This document shows, one piece after another, positions 47,927 through 57,952 of a stretch of 64,000 nucleotides of DNA. Made by a program: the position numbers and the translations under genes. Positions within the stretch are counted from its first letter, which is position 1; each line of letters opens with the position of its first letter. Origin of the DNA: Candidatus Limnocylindria bacterium (lineage in GTDB: Bacteria; Chloroflexota; Limnocylindria; QHBO01); the NCBI GenBank assembly GCA_038250515.1, contig JBBSCG010000001.1, positions 25,155 through 89,154 of the forward strand. Direction: 5' to 3'. The notes beneath the pieces were generated by a model that made no database searches, was not told the DNA's origin, and saw nothing but the letters and a program-made list of their open reading frames with translations.

Positions 47927-49249
47927 GTGGCCGCGGTACTGCGCCGGCTGACCGAGGCGGACTTCGAAGCGGCGCTGGTCGGCGGCTGCGTACGCGACCT
48001 GCTGTGCGGTGGCGAGCCGACCGATTGGGACATCGCCACTTCGGCGACCCCCGAGGAGACGGCGGCACTCTTTCCGGGCGCCGTCTGGGAGAACCGATTC
48101 GGGACGGTGACCGTCGATCGGATGGAGATCACCACCTACCGCTCGGAGTCCGCCTATGCCGATCGTCGACGGCCCGATGCGGTGCAGTGGGGAGCGTCGC
48201 TGACAGACGACCTGTCACGTCGCGACTTCACGATCAACGCCATGGCCTGGGTGCCGCTGGACCTGCCACGCCGCCGCGGTCGGCTGGTCGATCCGTTCGA
48301 TGGTCGGGCCGATCTGCGTGCCCGCGTGCTGCGCGCGGTGGGGGATCCGCAGGGCCGCTTCACGGAGGACGCGCTGCGCCTGCTGCGCGCGGTCCGTTTT
48401 GCCACGCGCTTCGGGATGAGCATCGACCCGGCGACCGAGGCGGCCAGTCCCTTGCTGGCGGCGACGGCCACGAGCCTCTCCGGTGAGCGGGTGCGCGACG
48501 AGCTGCTGCGCATCCTCTCGTCGCGCGTCGCGCCGCCGTCACGGGCTTTCCTGCTGATGGAGCATCTCGGCCTGCTTGCCGCCCTGCTGCCCGAGCTCGC
48601 GGCATTACGCGGCGTGCCCCAGGGCAAGCCGCTTCCCGGTGACGCGCTCGATCACTCGCTGCGTACCCTCGACGCGCTGCCAGCGTCTGACCCGCTACTA
48701 CGGCTGACCGGCCTCCTTCATGACCTCGGCAAGGCGACAACGCTGGCCGACGGCCATTTCATCGGTCATGAGGAGGTGGGCGCGGAGCTGTCGAGCGAGG
48801 TGATGCGCCGCCTGCGGTTCGGACGGGATCAGATCAAGCGCGTCAGCCACCTCGTATGGCATCACATGTTCGCCTACACCTCCGACTGGACCGATGCCGC
48901 CGTGCGGCGCTTCATCTATCGCGTGCGAGCCGACGCGTTGGACGACCTCTTCGCGCTGCGTCGAGCCGACAACCTCGCCTCGGGCGTGGCCGAGCCGGCC
49001 CTCGGCGGTGTGCTGGAGCTCCAGGCGCGTCTCTTGCGCGAGCTCAGGGACGCGCCGCTCGACCAGCGACAGATGGCCGTCGATGGCACCGATCTGATGG
49101 AGGCGCTGCACCTGCCGCCCGGTCCGACCATCGGGAGGCTGCTGGAGGTCCTCTTCCTGGCGGTCACCGAGGATCCACGGCGCAACCAGCGCGATGAGCT
49201 GCTGGCCCTGGCGCGCAACGCGCTTCGGGCCGGATTGGCCCGCGACTGA
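47927..49249 (+). CDS. cca: CCA-adding tRNA nucleotidyltransferase / poly(A) polymerase family with HD domain
   Basis: LVGGCVRDLLCGGEPTDWDIATSATPEE...RDFTINAMA...HD region LHDLGK. GTG start. Confidence 0.8.
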   Translation: MAAVLRRLTEADFEAALVGGCVRDLLCGGEPTDWDIATSATPEETAALFPGAVWENRFGTVTVDRMEITTYRSESAYADRRRPDAVQWGASLTDDLSRRDFTINAMAWVPLDLPRRRGRLVDPFDGRADLRARVLRAVGDPQGRFTEDALRLLRAVRFATRFGMSIDPATEAASPLLAATATSLSGERVRDELLRILSSRVAPPSRAFLLMEHLGLLAALLPELAALRGVPQGKPLPGDALDHSLRTLDALPASDPLLRLTGLLHDLGKATTLADGHFIGHEEVGAELSSEVMRRLRFGRDQIKRVSHLVWHHMFAYTSDWTDAAVRRFIYRVRADALDDLFALRRADNLASGVAEPALGGVLELQARLLRELRDAPLDQRQMAVDGTDLMEALHLPPGPTIGRLLEVLFLAVTEDPRRNQRDELLALARNALRAGLARD

Positions 49250-49373
49250 TGGTGCCGCGGAGCAACGCGGACCCTGCGACCGATGCAGGGCATTGGGCTG
49301 GTCGCTGCTACAATCGGCCGTCCGGATCGGTCCTCATCCGACTGCCACGCCGAACGGAGGATTTCATCGCGCG

Positions 49374-50066
49374 ATGACCGCCCTGGGGCGCACCGACGCA
49401 CGGTTGGAGCATCGGCTCACGACGCCAAACGCTTCCCTGGCGGACCTTGACGCTGCGGTTGCCCTGGCCACCGAGCAGGACCTCGCCGCGCTCGTCGTCA
49501 GCCCGTGGCTGCTGCGCGCGGGACGCCGTCTGCTGGGACGCTCGCGCGTTCGGTTGGGAACCGTCGTCGGCTACGGCCACGGCGGCCAGCTGCTCAGCGT
49601 CAAGGCGTTCGAGGCGAGCAAATGTCTCGAGCAGGGCGCGACCCAGATCGACTTCGTGATGAACGGCGGAGCGCTCATCTCGGGGTTGGACGACACGGTC
49701 TCCAACGACATGCTGGCTGTGATCGACATGGCGCATTCTGCGATGGCCATCGCCGGCGTGATCATCGAGGCCGATCCGCTGCGCGACGACCTCGTGAGCA
49801 AGGCCTGCCGACTGGCGGAACGGGCAGGCGCCGACTACGTCGTCAGCTCGACCGGGGGTGCAGCGGCCAAGCGGACGATCGAGCGGGTCGGTCTGCTGCG
49901 CGACAGCGTCGGATCACGCGTCGGAGTCAAGGCCTGCGGCCGGTTCCGCTCTGCCGACGAGGTGCGGGCCGCCAACCTGGCCGGCGCGAGCGTGATCTCG
50001 GCCGAGTTCAGCGCCGACCTGCTGCGGGCCGCGCGCGACGCGGTGGCTGCCGTGGCGGTCGCCTGA
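49374..50066 (+). CDS. deoC: Deoxyribose-phosphate aldolase
   Basis: GTVVGYGHGGQLLSVKAFEASKCLEQGATQIDFVMNGGAL...ADYVVSSTGG...VGVKACGRFRS aligns with DeoC, including the Schiff-base Lys. Confidence 0.7.
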   Translation: MTALGRTDARLEHRLTTPNASLADLDAAVALATEQDLAALVVSPWLLRAGRRLLGRSRVRLGTVVGYGHGGQLLSVKAFEASKCLEQGATQIDFVMNGGALISGLDDTVSNDMLAVIDMAHSAMAIAGVIIEADPLRDDLVSKACRLAERAGADYVVSSTGGAAAKRTIERVGLLRDSVGSRVGVKACGRFRSADEVRAANLAGASVISAEFSADLLRAARDAVAAVAVA

Positions 50067-50122
50067 ACAGCGCGCGACGGCGGCATTGGTCAAGCGCAGA
50101 AACTGATACGAGGAGGCGTGGG

Positions 50123-51178
50123 TTGCGGATTCTGGTCGTCGGCGGGGCAGGGTACGTGGGCTCGACGAGCTCGGAGACGTTCATTGCCGCGGGCCATGCC
50201 GTGACCGTCTACGACAACCTGTCGACCGGGTACCGCGATGCCGTCATCCCGGGCGCGCGCCTGGTGGTGGGCGATATCCACGACGCGGCGCAGGTCGAGC
50301 GCGTGCTGCGCGACGAACGCGTAGACGCGGTACTGCATTGCGCCGCGCGGTCGCTGGTCGGCGAATCCATGGCGGATCCAGGGCTCTACTACCATAGCAA
50401 CGTCGCCGGCGGAGTCGCGCTGCTCGAGGCCATGAAGCACGCCGGCGTGACGCGCCTGGTCTACTCCTCGACCGCGGCGGTGTACGGCGAGCCGCGCCGT
50501 GTGCCGATCGCCGAGGCCGACCGCACCGAGCCGATTAATCCATACGGCGCCACCAAGCTCGCCTTCGAGGGGGCCATGCGCTGGTTCGCCGCTGCGCATG
50601 ACTTCCGCGCCATCAGCCTGCGCTACTTCAACGTGGCCGGTGCCACCCAACGCAACGGCGAGGACCACGAGCCGGAGACCCATCTCATTCCGCTGGTGCT
50701 GCGCGTGGCGGCCGGCGAGGCGAGCCACGTCCAGATCTACGGCCAGGACTACGCGACCCCCGACGGCACCTGCATTCGTGATTTCATCCACGTCCGCGAT
50801 CTCGGCAAGGCCCACCTGCTGGCGCTGGAGGCGACCGGCGAGGGTGATCCGTCGCTCGAGATCTACAACCTGGGTTCCGCGGCCGGCTTCAGCGTCCGCG
50901 AGGTGGTCGAGGCGGCGCGCAAGGTGACCGGTCGCGCCATCCCCGCGCGCGTTGTCAAGCGTCGCGTGGGTGACCCTCCGGTGCTCGTCGCGTCGTCACG
51001 CCGCGCCCGCCGCGAGCTCGGCTGGCAGCAGCAGCACAGCAAGCTCGAGGAGATGCTGGGCGACGCCTGGACCTGGCGCCTGGCACATCCAAACGGCTAT
51101 CCATCGACGGCGGCATTGGCAGAGACCGATGCCGAACGTCAGCAGGTCAGGGCCCGCGCCGTCTCCGCGCCGGCCTAG
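50123..51178 (+). CDS. galE: UDP-glucose 4-epimerase
   Basis: RILVVGGAGYVGS, YSSTAAVYG and a YxxxK region. An AGGAGG RBS lies 6 nt before the TTG start. Confidence 0.85.
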   Translation: MRILVVGGAGYVGSTSSETFIAAGHAVTVYDNLSTGYRDAVIPGARLVVGDIHDAAQVERVLRDERVDAVLHCAARSLVGESMADPGLYYHSNVAGGVALLEAMKHAGVTRLVYSSTAAVYGEPRRVPIAEADRTEPINPYGATKLAFEGAMRWFAAAHDFRAISLRYFNVAGATQRNGEDHEPETHLIPLVLRVAAGEASHVQIYGQDYATPDGTCIRDFIHVRDLGKAHLLALEATGEGDPSLEIYNLGSAAGFSVREVVEAARKVTGRAIPARVVKRRVGDPPVLVASSRRARRELGWQQQHSKLEEMLGDAWTWRLAHPNGYPSTAALAETDAERQQVRARAVSAPA

Positions 51179-51591
51179 CGGCAGTCCGCGCAGCGGCCGT
51201 AGAAGTCGAGCCGCGCATCGTCGATTTCGAAACCAAGTTCAGCACTGAGCCGATCGGCCAGCGAGCGGATGTAGGCCTCACCGATCTCGACGACGCGGCC
51301 GCAGGCGGTGCACGACAGGTGATGGTGGTGCTCCGCTCGGCAGGCGACGTAGCCGTAGACATGGCCCTCCTGCTCCAGGCGTTGTGCGACGCCACTCGCA
51401 ACGAGGGTCTCGAGCGTGCGAAAAATCGTGGCGCGACCGATACTCGGGTGGCGCCGTCGCACGCGTCTGTAGAGCTCCTGCGCGGTGAGCTGGCTGCCGG
51501 CGTCGACCAGCGCCTCGGCGATCGCCAGTCGCTGCGGCGTGACGCGCTCACCGGCGGTCCGCAGCCGTTGCACCGTGGCGGGCGAGCTCAT
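51175..51591 (-). CDS. zur: Fur-family metalloregulator, probably Zur
   Basis: VTPQRLAIAEALVDAGSQLTAQELYRRV...HHHHLSCTACGRVVEI...CADCR. It is cotranscribed downstream of a ZIP zinc transporter. Confidence 0.7.
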   Translation of the reverse strand: MSSPATVQRLRTAGERVTPQRLAIAEALVDAGSQLTAQELYRRVRRRHPSIGRATIFRTLETLVASGVAQRLEQEGHVYGYVACRAEHHHHLSCTACGRVVEIGEAYIRSLADRLSAELGFEIDDARLDFYGRCADCR

Positions 51592-52334
51592 AGCGGTGCG
51601 TTGACGACGCCGGCCAGGATCGAAAACGCGTAGATCGCCAGCACGCCTGCGAGGGTCGCCGCGACGACTCGTGCCGACCGATCGGTGCGGTGCGCCTCCG
51701 GGAGCAGCTCGGCAGCGCCGATATACAGGAAGAAGCCCGCGAAGACGGCGAGCATTCCGCCGAGCACCTGCGGCGGGATGGGGAGCAGGAGACCAACCGC
51801 CACGCCGAACAGCGGCGCAATCGCCACGACGCCGACCCATCGGTACGCGATCGCCGGCGCGGTGTGGCTCGCCAGCAGCAGGCTGACGATACCGATGCCG
51901 TCGCTGAAGCGATGCACGATGACCACCGCGGCCACGACGAGCCCGAGTCCGCCACCCACGTCGAGCGCCGCGGCCAGCGCAACGCCGTCGAGGAAGCTGT
52001 GCAGGCTCATGCCGCTGGCGCCGATGATGCCGACGTGGCGGTGTGAGGCCGCGCCGTGGTCGAGCTCGGTCGCCGTCTCATGGCCGACGTGCAGCTGGGT
52101 CAGCTTCTCGATGGCATAGAACGCCAGGAAGCCGACCGCCGTGAAGATCATCGCGCCATCCAGCGAGCCGAGCTGTTGGACGGATTCCGGAATGAGGTCG
52201 AAGTAGGCAGCGCCGATGCGGATGCCGGCACCGATCGCAATGATCACGCCGATCGAGCGCGTGGCGCGCAGTGCGAAGAGGCCGCCGCCGAGGGCCGAGA
52301 GGAATGCGCCGGCGGACACCAGGAAGGCGGCCAT
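51588..52334 (-). CDS. zupT: ZIP-family zinc transporter (ZupT-like)
   Basis: 8-TM ZIP signature HSFLDGVALAAAL and His-rich loop HGAASHRH. A TTGACG-17-GATACT promoter-like sequence lies just upstream (52342-52371). Confidence 0.7.
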   Translation of the reverse strand: MAAFLVSAGAFLSALGGGLFALRATRSIGVIIAIGAGIRIGAAYFDLIPESVQQLGSLDGAMIFTAVGFLAFYAIEKLTQLHVGHETATELDHGAASHRHVGIIGASGMSLHSFLDGVALAAALDVGGGLGLVVAAVVIVHRFSDGIGIVSLLLASHTAPAIAYRWVGVVAIAPLFGVAVGLLLPIPPQVLGGMLAVFAGFFLYIGAAELLPEAHRTDRSARVVAATLAGVLAIYAFSILAGVVNAPL

Positions 52335-52539
52335 GAGACGGAGTATCACGTAGCCGCGGTCGCGACGTCAAGCGGCCGGCCGTCGAGCTTTCTTCCGTGT
52401 TGGGGCTCGACGGCGCGTGAGCACGCTCCCCGTGGTAGCATCGGGGCGCTGCGCCACTTCCCGGACGTCGAGCCGCGCATCGCGCCCGCCGGGAGCGAGA
52501 AACATTCCCGCAGCGCCATTTACCATCTTCGGAGACCAC

Positions 52540-53826
52540 TTGCCCGACAACGAATCCGCCACGCAGCGGCGCCCGGCCACGCGCCGTCGCGCCCCCAGCG
52601 ACCGGCCCCGCGACACAGTTACGACCAGCGCGCCTGAGACGAACGATCACGAAGACCAGGACTCGCCGCTCCTCGCCGCGGTGCTGGCCGCGGCGCGTGG
52701 GTACACCTTCGGTGAGATTGAGATACCGGTTACCATTGCGCGCGCCCTGGAGAAGATGGCCTACGTCACGCCGACCGAGGTGCAGGCATGCGCGATTCCA
52801 CCCCTGCGCGAGGGCAAGGACCTCATCGGTCAGGCGCAGACCGGAACGGGCAAGACCGCGGCCTTCGGCATCCCCATCGTCGAGAAGATCGACCCCATGG
52901 CCGGTCATGTCCAGGCCCTGGTCCTGACGCCGACGCGCGAGCTGTGCGTGCAGGTCAGCGACGAGCTGGCGGCCATCGGTCAGTTCAGGAACGTGCAGGT
53001 GGTCGCAATCTATGGCGGATCCAGCATGGATCGCCAGATCAGCGCACTGAAGCGCGGCGCACAGGTGGTGGTCGGTACGCCCGGTCGCGTCCTGGACCTC
53101 ATCCGTCGCGGCGAGCTGCGGCTCGATCGGGTGCACACCGTGATCCTCGATGAAGCGGACCGCATGCTCGACATGGGTTTCATCGTCGACGTCGAGACGA
53201 TCCTGTCCCGATGCCCGCGGCAACGCCAGACAGCACTCTTCAGCGCCACCATGCCGTACGCCATCCTGCGCATCTGCGACCGCTTCATGGACCGCGATGC
53301 CCAGCAGATCAGCGTACGGCCCGAGCATCGGACGGTGGAGACCGTACGTCAGGTGGTGTACTTCGTCGCCGAGCAGGACAAGGTGCCCGCGCTTCTCGAG
53401 CTGACCCGCGAGCTGGAGTTTGACCGTCTGCTCGTGTTCCGCCACACCCAGATCGGCGTCGACCGGCTGGCCGCCACGCTGAAGCGGCGCGGCAAGAACG
53501 TCGCGGCGCTGCATGGTGGATTGAGCCAGCGTGAGCGCGACCACACCCTTGCCGATTTCAAGTCAGGCAAGCTCCAGTTCCTGATCGCCACCAATGTGGC
53601 GAGCCGCGGATTGGACATCACCGATCTGCCGTACGTTCTGAACTTCGACATCCCCGAGGATGCCGACACCTACGTGCATCGCGTCGGGCGGACCGCTCGC
53701 GCCGGCAAGGAAGGCACGGCCATCACGTTCGTGGGCGAGTGGGACCTGGACGCCTGGGAGTCGATCCGCTCGCAGGTCGGCGGGAAGATCACCGAGGGCG
53801 AGCTGCGCCTCTATACGGCGAGCTGA
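52540..53826 (+). CDS. DEAD-box ATP-dependent RNA helicase
   Basis: Q-motif TPTEVQ, AQTGTGKTAAF, PTRELC, DEAD (ILDEAD), SAT, HGGLSQRERD, ARGLDI and HRVGRTARAG are present. The start is uncertain (TTG 52540 or GTG 52417). Confidence 0.8.
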   Translation: MPDNESATQRRPATRRRAPSDRPRDTVTTSAPETNDHEDQDSPLLAAVLAAARGYTFGEIEIPVTIARALEKMAYVTPTEVQACAIPPLREGKDLIGQAQTGTGKTAAFGIPIVEKIDPMAGHVQALVLTPTRELCVQVSDELAAIGQFRNVQVVAIYGGSSMDRQISALKRGAQVVVGTPGRVLDLIRRGELRLDRVHTVILDEADRMLDMGFIVDVETILSRCPRQRQTALFSATMPYAILRICDRFMDRDAQQISVRPEHRTVETVRQVVYFVAEQDKVPALLELTRELEFDRLLVFRHTQIGVDRLAATLKRRGKNVAALHGGLSQRERDHTLADFKSGKLQFLIATNVASRGLDITDLPYVLNFDIPEDADTYVHRVGRTARAGKEGTAITFVGEWDLDAWESIRSQVGGKITEGELRLYTAS

Positions 53827-53880
53827 CGACCGCCCTGGTTGTGAACCTTTTACGACGGCAGCGCGTACTCTTCTCACCCC

Positions 53881-54579
53881 ATGCCTGACGCCGAGCGGCT
53901 CGCCCCGCAGAACAGCACCCGCACGAACGCCGTCATCACCAGCGTCGATTGGCTGTTCGAGCCGTCGTGGCAGGGCGAGCGGCTGCTGGCCCGGATCCGC
54001 GGCGAGCGAGTCGAGCTGACCGATCGCTTTGGCGATCCGGCCGACGCGAGCCTGGGCGAGGCCGCCGAGGTGCTCGCCCCATCGGTCGACGCCGAAGAGG
54101 CCGTGCTCGATGGGATCTGGACCGCGCAACCGTTCGTCGGCGTCGGAAGCGCCGCTTACAACCTCGCCGAGGCGTTCGCGGAGGAAGGACTGACCGATGA
54201 GCTGCCCAATCCGATCGAGAACGAGAAGCGGCGTGCGTTCGTGGCCATCGACCTGCTCGAGCTTGACGGCCAGCTGCTGCACGACGTCCCCTACCAGGAA
54301 CGCCGCCGCCTGCTCACATCGGTCGTTGACGAGAACGTGCGCGTGCGGGTCACACCCGCCGTACGGGTGCCGCTGGATCACTGGCTGCACGCCTGGCGGC
54401 AGAGTGGCTTCACGCACTACGTCGCCAAGCAGGTCAACTCGCGTTACCGGCCTGGCCAGACCTGCGAAGAGTGGCTCGAGATTCCGGCAGCTCGCGCGGC
54501 GGAACCCTCGATGGTCGGACGCCTCGTCGGGCAGCGCGGGCCGCGCCTGGCAAAGATCGGGAACGCCCAGAAGCGCTGA
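53881..54579 (+). CDS. ATP-dependent DNA ligase-like protein lacking the adenylation lysine
   Basis: DWLFEPSWQGERLLARIRGERVEL aligns with LigD/LigC DWLFEPKWDGYRVLAY, but the motif I residues K and D are replaced by S and Q. VAIDLLELDGQLLHDVPYQERRRLL and HYVAKQVNSRYRPGQTCEEWLEI match ligase motifs III to V. It is only 232 aa. Confidence 0.45.
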   Translation: MPDAERLAPQNSTRTNAVITSVDWLFEPSWQGERLLARIRGERVELTDRFGDPADASLGEAAEVLAPSVDAEEAVLDGIWTAQPFVGVGSAAYNLAEAFAEEGLTDELPNPIENEKRRAFVAIDLLELDGQLLHDVPYQERRRLLTSVVDENVRVRVTPAVRVPLDHWLHAWRQSGFTHYVAKQVNSRYRPGQTCEEWLEIPAARAAEPSMVGRLVGQRGPRLAKIGNAQKR

Positions 54580-54743
54580 GTCCCGCGGGCCTGCGTGCTA
54601 CCCTTGACGCTCCCGAGCAGCGATCGTCTCGAAGACGAATCCCGAGGAGGTCCGCCCTGACGTCCAACGCAGCCGCTCGGCCAGAGTCGGCGCTCGACGA
54701 GCAGGCCCTCGCCGAGGTCCGCCGCATCGGCAGCGCCGATCTC

Positions 54744-55967
54744 ATGGTCGGCATCCCCAGCTTCGGCAACGCCGAAACGATCGGCTATGTCGTGCGCGCC
54801 GCGACGGCCGGCATGGTGCAGTACTTTCCGGATCTGAAGCCGATCTTGGTCAACTCCGACGGCGGCTCACCGGACGACACGCCGCGCGTCGCCATCAGCA
54901 CCGAGAGCCCTGAGTACATCGAGAAGATCATCCTGATCAGCCCGCGCCACAAGCTGCAGCGGATCAGCTTCACCTACCAGGGAATCAGCGGCAAGGGCAC
55001 GGCGGTGCGCGCCCTGTTCGAGGTGGCGCGCGAGCTGAAGGTCAAGGCCATGGTCATGGTCGACTCGGATCTGCGCAGCATCGTGCCCGAATGGGTGGAG
55101 CTCCTGGCCGGACCGATCCTCAAGGGTGGCTACGACTTCGTCGCGCCGCTCTATGCGCGCTACAAGTACGACGGCACGATCACCAACAACATCACCTATC
55201 CGCTGACCCGGGCGCTCTACGGTGCACGCATTCGCCAGCCGATCGGCGGCGACTTCGCGATCAGCGGCGACTTGGTGAGCCGCTACCTGGAGCTCGATAC
55301 CTTCGACGAGCAGACCGCGCGGTTCGGGATCGACATCTGGATGACGCATTCGGCGATCAATGAAGGCTTCGCCGTCTGCCAGGCGCGACTGGGCGCCAAG
55401 ATCCACGATGCCAAGGATCCGGCGTCGGACCTGGGACCGATGTTCCGCCAGGTGGTCGGCACGCTCTTTCGGTTGGCCGGCCAGTATCAGGACCGCTGGC
55501 TGCGCGTCCGCGGCTCGCACGCGATCCCCGAGTACGGTTTCGAGCGAGTGGTGGCGCCCGAGGCGATCGAGGTCAGCCACGCCAAGCTGATCGACACGCT
55601 CGAGGGCTCGCGGCCGACGAATCGCGACACCTGGGTGCAGATGCTCGCGCCAGAGCAACTGGAGCGGGTCATGACCCTCGAATGCGGGGATCCCGCCACG
55701 TTCCACTTTCCCGCTGAGCTGTGGGTGCGCTGCCTGTACGACACGCTCGTCGCCTTTCACGCGCCTGGCGCGGAGCGCGACAGGCTCCTGGCGGCGCTGA
55801 CGCCGCTCTACTTCGGACGGGTGGCGGGCTTCATCGGTGAGACGATCGAGATGAGCAGTGACCAGGCCGAGCGCGTGATCGATGCACAGGCGCGCGAGTT
55901 TGAGGAGCTCAAGCCGTATCTCGTCGTCCGTTGGCGCGAGATGCAGGTCGGGGTGGACGGCCGCTGA
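54744..55967 (+). CDS. GT78-like glycosyltransferase (mannosylglycerate/glucosylglycerate synthase-like)
   Basis: GKGTAVRALF, VMVDSDLRSIVPEWV, YDFVAPLYARYKYDGTITNNITYPLTRALYG and IRQPIGGDF align with Rhodothermus/plant-type MgS (GKGDGMNTAL, FYDADITSFGPDWI, QPLGGE). The start is taken at ATG 54744. Confidence 0.5.
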   Translation: MVGIPSFGNAETIGYVVRAATAGMVQYFPDLKPILVNSDGGSPDDTPRVAISTESPEYIEKIILISPRHKLQRISFTYQGISGKGTAVRALFEVARELKVKAMVMVDSDLRSIVPEWVELLAGPILKGGYDFVAPLYARYKYDGTITNNITYPLTRALYGARIRQPIGGDFAISGDLVSRYLELDTFDEQTARFGIDIWMTHSAINEGFAVCQARLGAKIHDAKDPASDLGPMFRQVVGTLFRLAGQYQDRWLRVRGSHAIPEYGFERVVAPEAIEVSHAKLIDTLEGSRPTNRDTWVQMLAPEQLERVMTLECGDPATFHFPAELWVRCLYDTLVAFHAPGAERDRLLAALTPLYFGRVAGFIGETIEMSSDQAERVIDAQAREFEELKPYLVVRWREMQVGVDGR

Positions 55968-57952
55968 TGCCGCCAAAGCCCAAGGAGCCGTACCGCATCC
56001 TGCTGCCGCTCGCCAACCCGCGTACGGCGCGCGACCTCGTGCGCATCGGGTCGGGCATCAGCAACGGCCGGCCGACGCAGATCACCGCGCTCGGCGTCGT
56101 CGAGGTGCCGGAGGGCGTTTCGCTGTCGGAGGGCGCCACGCAGGCACGCACTTCGCGGCGATTGCTGCAGCGCGTGCTCGACTTCGGGGACGAGGAAGGC
56201 GTCGCCATTCGAACGATGGTGCGCATCGGCCGTCACGCGGCGGACGGCGTGATCGAGGCCGTTGCCGAGGAGCGCGCCGACCTGGTGATCTTCGGCTGGG
56301 GCGGTCCGCCGACAGCCAGCCAGACCGCGCGCGCGGCCGCCGAGGCCATCGAAAAGCGCCTCTCCGGCGCAACGCTCAGCGACCCGCCGGTCTTCACAGA
56401 GACGATCGACAGGGTGGTCCGCGAATCGCCGTGCGATATCGCGGTCGTCAAGCAGCGCGGCCTGGACAAGGTCGATTCGATCCTGGTGCCGGTGCGCGGC
56501 GGCCCGCACGCCGAGCTTGCCGTGCGCCTGGCACGCGACCTCGGGAAGCGCTTCGACGCCCAGATCGCGGTGCTCCACGTCGTGCCGAAGGGGATCGGTG
56601 ATCGGGCGCTCCAGCGCGAGCGCCAGGCGCTCGAGCGCTTCATCGAGCAGCACGGCGGCGCGCGACGGGTGAAGGGCCTGATCCGCGAGGCCGTATCGGT
56701 CAAGACGGCGATCGTGCGCGAGGCGTTGAACCACGATCTGGTGATCATGGGTGCCGCGGCGCAGCCGTCGGATGCGCGCCCGGCGTCGGACGGCAGGTAC
56801 CTGTTCGGATCGGTACCGGAAGCAGTCGCCAGCCGTGCCAGGCCGACGGTGATCGTGGTCAAGACCAAGCAGCAGCTGGGAATGGCGACGTTCGAGCAAC
56901 TGCGGGCTGCGGAGGGCACGCTCGCCGAGGCCGATGCCTTTGTCGAACGCAGCCGCTCACTGCCGAGCCTCGTTGACAAGTGGTTCGCCGAGAACACCTT
57001 CCACGCCTCCGAGTTCAAGCACATCGGGAAGCTGGTGGAGCTCAAACAGAAGCAGGGGCTGACGATCTCGGTGGGCCTGCCGGCGCTCAACGAGGAGAAG
57101 ACGATCGGCCTGGTGATCAAGCGCATCAAGGGCGCGCTGATGGATCGGTTCCCCTTGATCGACCAGATGGTGGTGATCGACTCCGACTCGACCGACCGGA
57201 CCGCGGACATCGCGACGGAGCTTGGCGTGCCGGTCGTGCGCCACAGCCAGATTCTGTCAGGCTCGGGCAGCTTCGTCGGCAAGGGCGAGGCGCTGTGGAA
57301 GAGCCTGCACGAGCTCGATGGCGACATCGTCGCCTGGATCGACACCGACATCAGCAACATCCAGCCGCGTTTCGTCTTCGGGCTGCTCGGGCCGCTGCTG
57401 CGCGAGCCGCGCATCCAGTACGTGAAGGGCTTCTATCAGCGCCCGATCAGGCAGGGGCTCAAGCTCGTGCCTGAAGGCGGCGGGCGCGTCACCGAGCTGA
57501 TGGCCCGACCGCTCATCAACCTGTTCTTCCCCGAGCTGTCGGGCATGATCCAGCCGCTGTCCGGCGAATACGCCGGGCGGCGCTCGCTGCTCGAGTCGCT
57601 GCCGTTCTTCACCGGCTACGCGGTCGAGACGGGCCTGCTCATCGACATTCTCGAGTCCGAGGGGCTCTCGGCGCTGGGCCAGGTCGACCTCGAGCGGCGC
57701 ATCCATCGCAACCAGTCGCTGCCGAACCTGTCACAGATGAGCTTTGTCATCCTGCAGGCGGCCATCCGCAAGCTCGAAGAGCGCCACCGCATCCAGCTGC
57801 TGACCGAGGTCGGCCATGGCATGAAGCTGATCCACCAGGAGGGCGGCTCTTTCAGCCTGGCCGTCCGCGAGATCGGCGACCAGATGCGGCCTCCGATCAA
57901 GTCGCTGGCGGCCTACCAGGAGAAGCGCAAGGCGCTGAAGGCAGGCCGATGA
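55967..57952 (+). CDS. gpgS: Tandem universal-stress-protein (USP) domains fused to glucosyl-3-phosphoglycerate synthase (GT81)
   Basis: N-terminal two USP folds (ILLPLANPRTARDL...DLVIFGWGG and ILVPVRGGPHAELAVR...FGSVPEAVASRARPTVIVVK). The C-terminus ISVGLPALNEEKTIG...VVIDSDSTDRTADIA...GKGEALWKSL...GGGRVTELMARPL...QPLSGEYAGRR aligns with mycobacterial GpgS throughout. The ATG overlaps the upstream stop (TGATG). Confidence 0.75.
   Translation: MPPKPKEPYRILLPLANPRTARDLVRIGSGISNGRPTQITALGVVEVPEGVSLSEGATQARTSRRLLQRVLDFGDEEGVAIRTMVRIGRHAADGVIEAVAEERADLVIFGWGGPPTASQTARAAAEAIEKRLSGATLSDPPVFTETIDRVVRESPCDIAVVKQRGLDKVDSILVPVRGGPHAELAVRLARDLGKRFDAQIAVLHVVPKGIGDRALQRERQALERFIEQHGGARRVKGLIREAVSVKTAIVREALNHDLVIMGAAAQPSDARPASDGRYLFGSVPEAVASRARPTVIVVKTKQQLGMATFEQLRAAEGTLAEADAFVERSRSLPSLVDKWFAENTFHASEFKHIGKLVELKQKQGLTISVGLPALNEEKTIGLVIKRIKGALMDRFPLIDQMVVIDSDSTDRTADIATELGVPVVRHSQILSGSGSFVGKGEALWKSLHELDGDIVAWIDTDISNIQPRFVFGLLGPLLREPRIQYVKGFYQRPIRQGLKLVPEGGGRVTELMARPLINLFFPELSGMIQPLSGEYAGRRSLLESLPFFTGYAVETGLLIDILESEGLSALGQVDLERRIHRNQSLPNLSQMSFVILQAAIRKLEERHRIQLLTEVGHGMKLIHQEGGSFSLAVREIGDQMRPPIKSLAAYQEKRKALKAGR

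Noticed and set aside
53563-57414. Long minus-strand ORFs (53563-54417, 54867-55976, 55808-56899, 56233-57414)
   Set aside because: They are antisense to the ligase-like, GT78-like and USP-GpgS genes, which carry the recognisable motifs.
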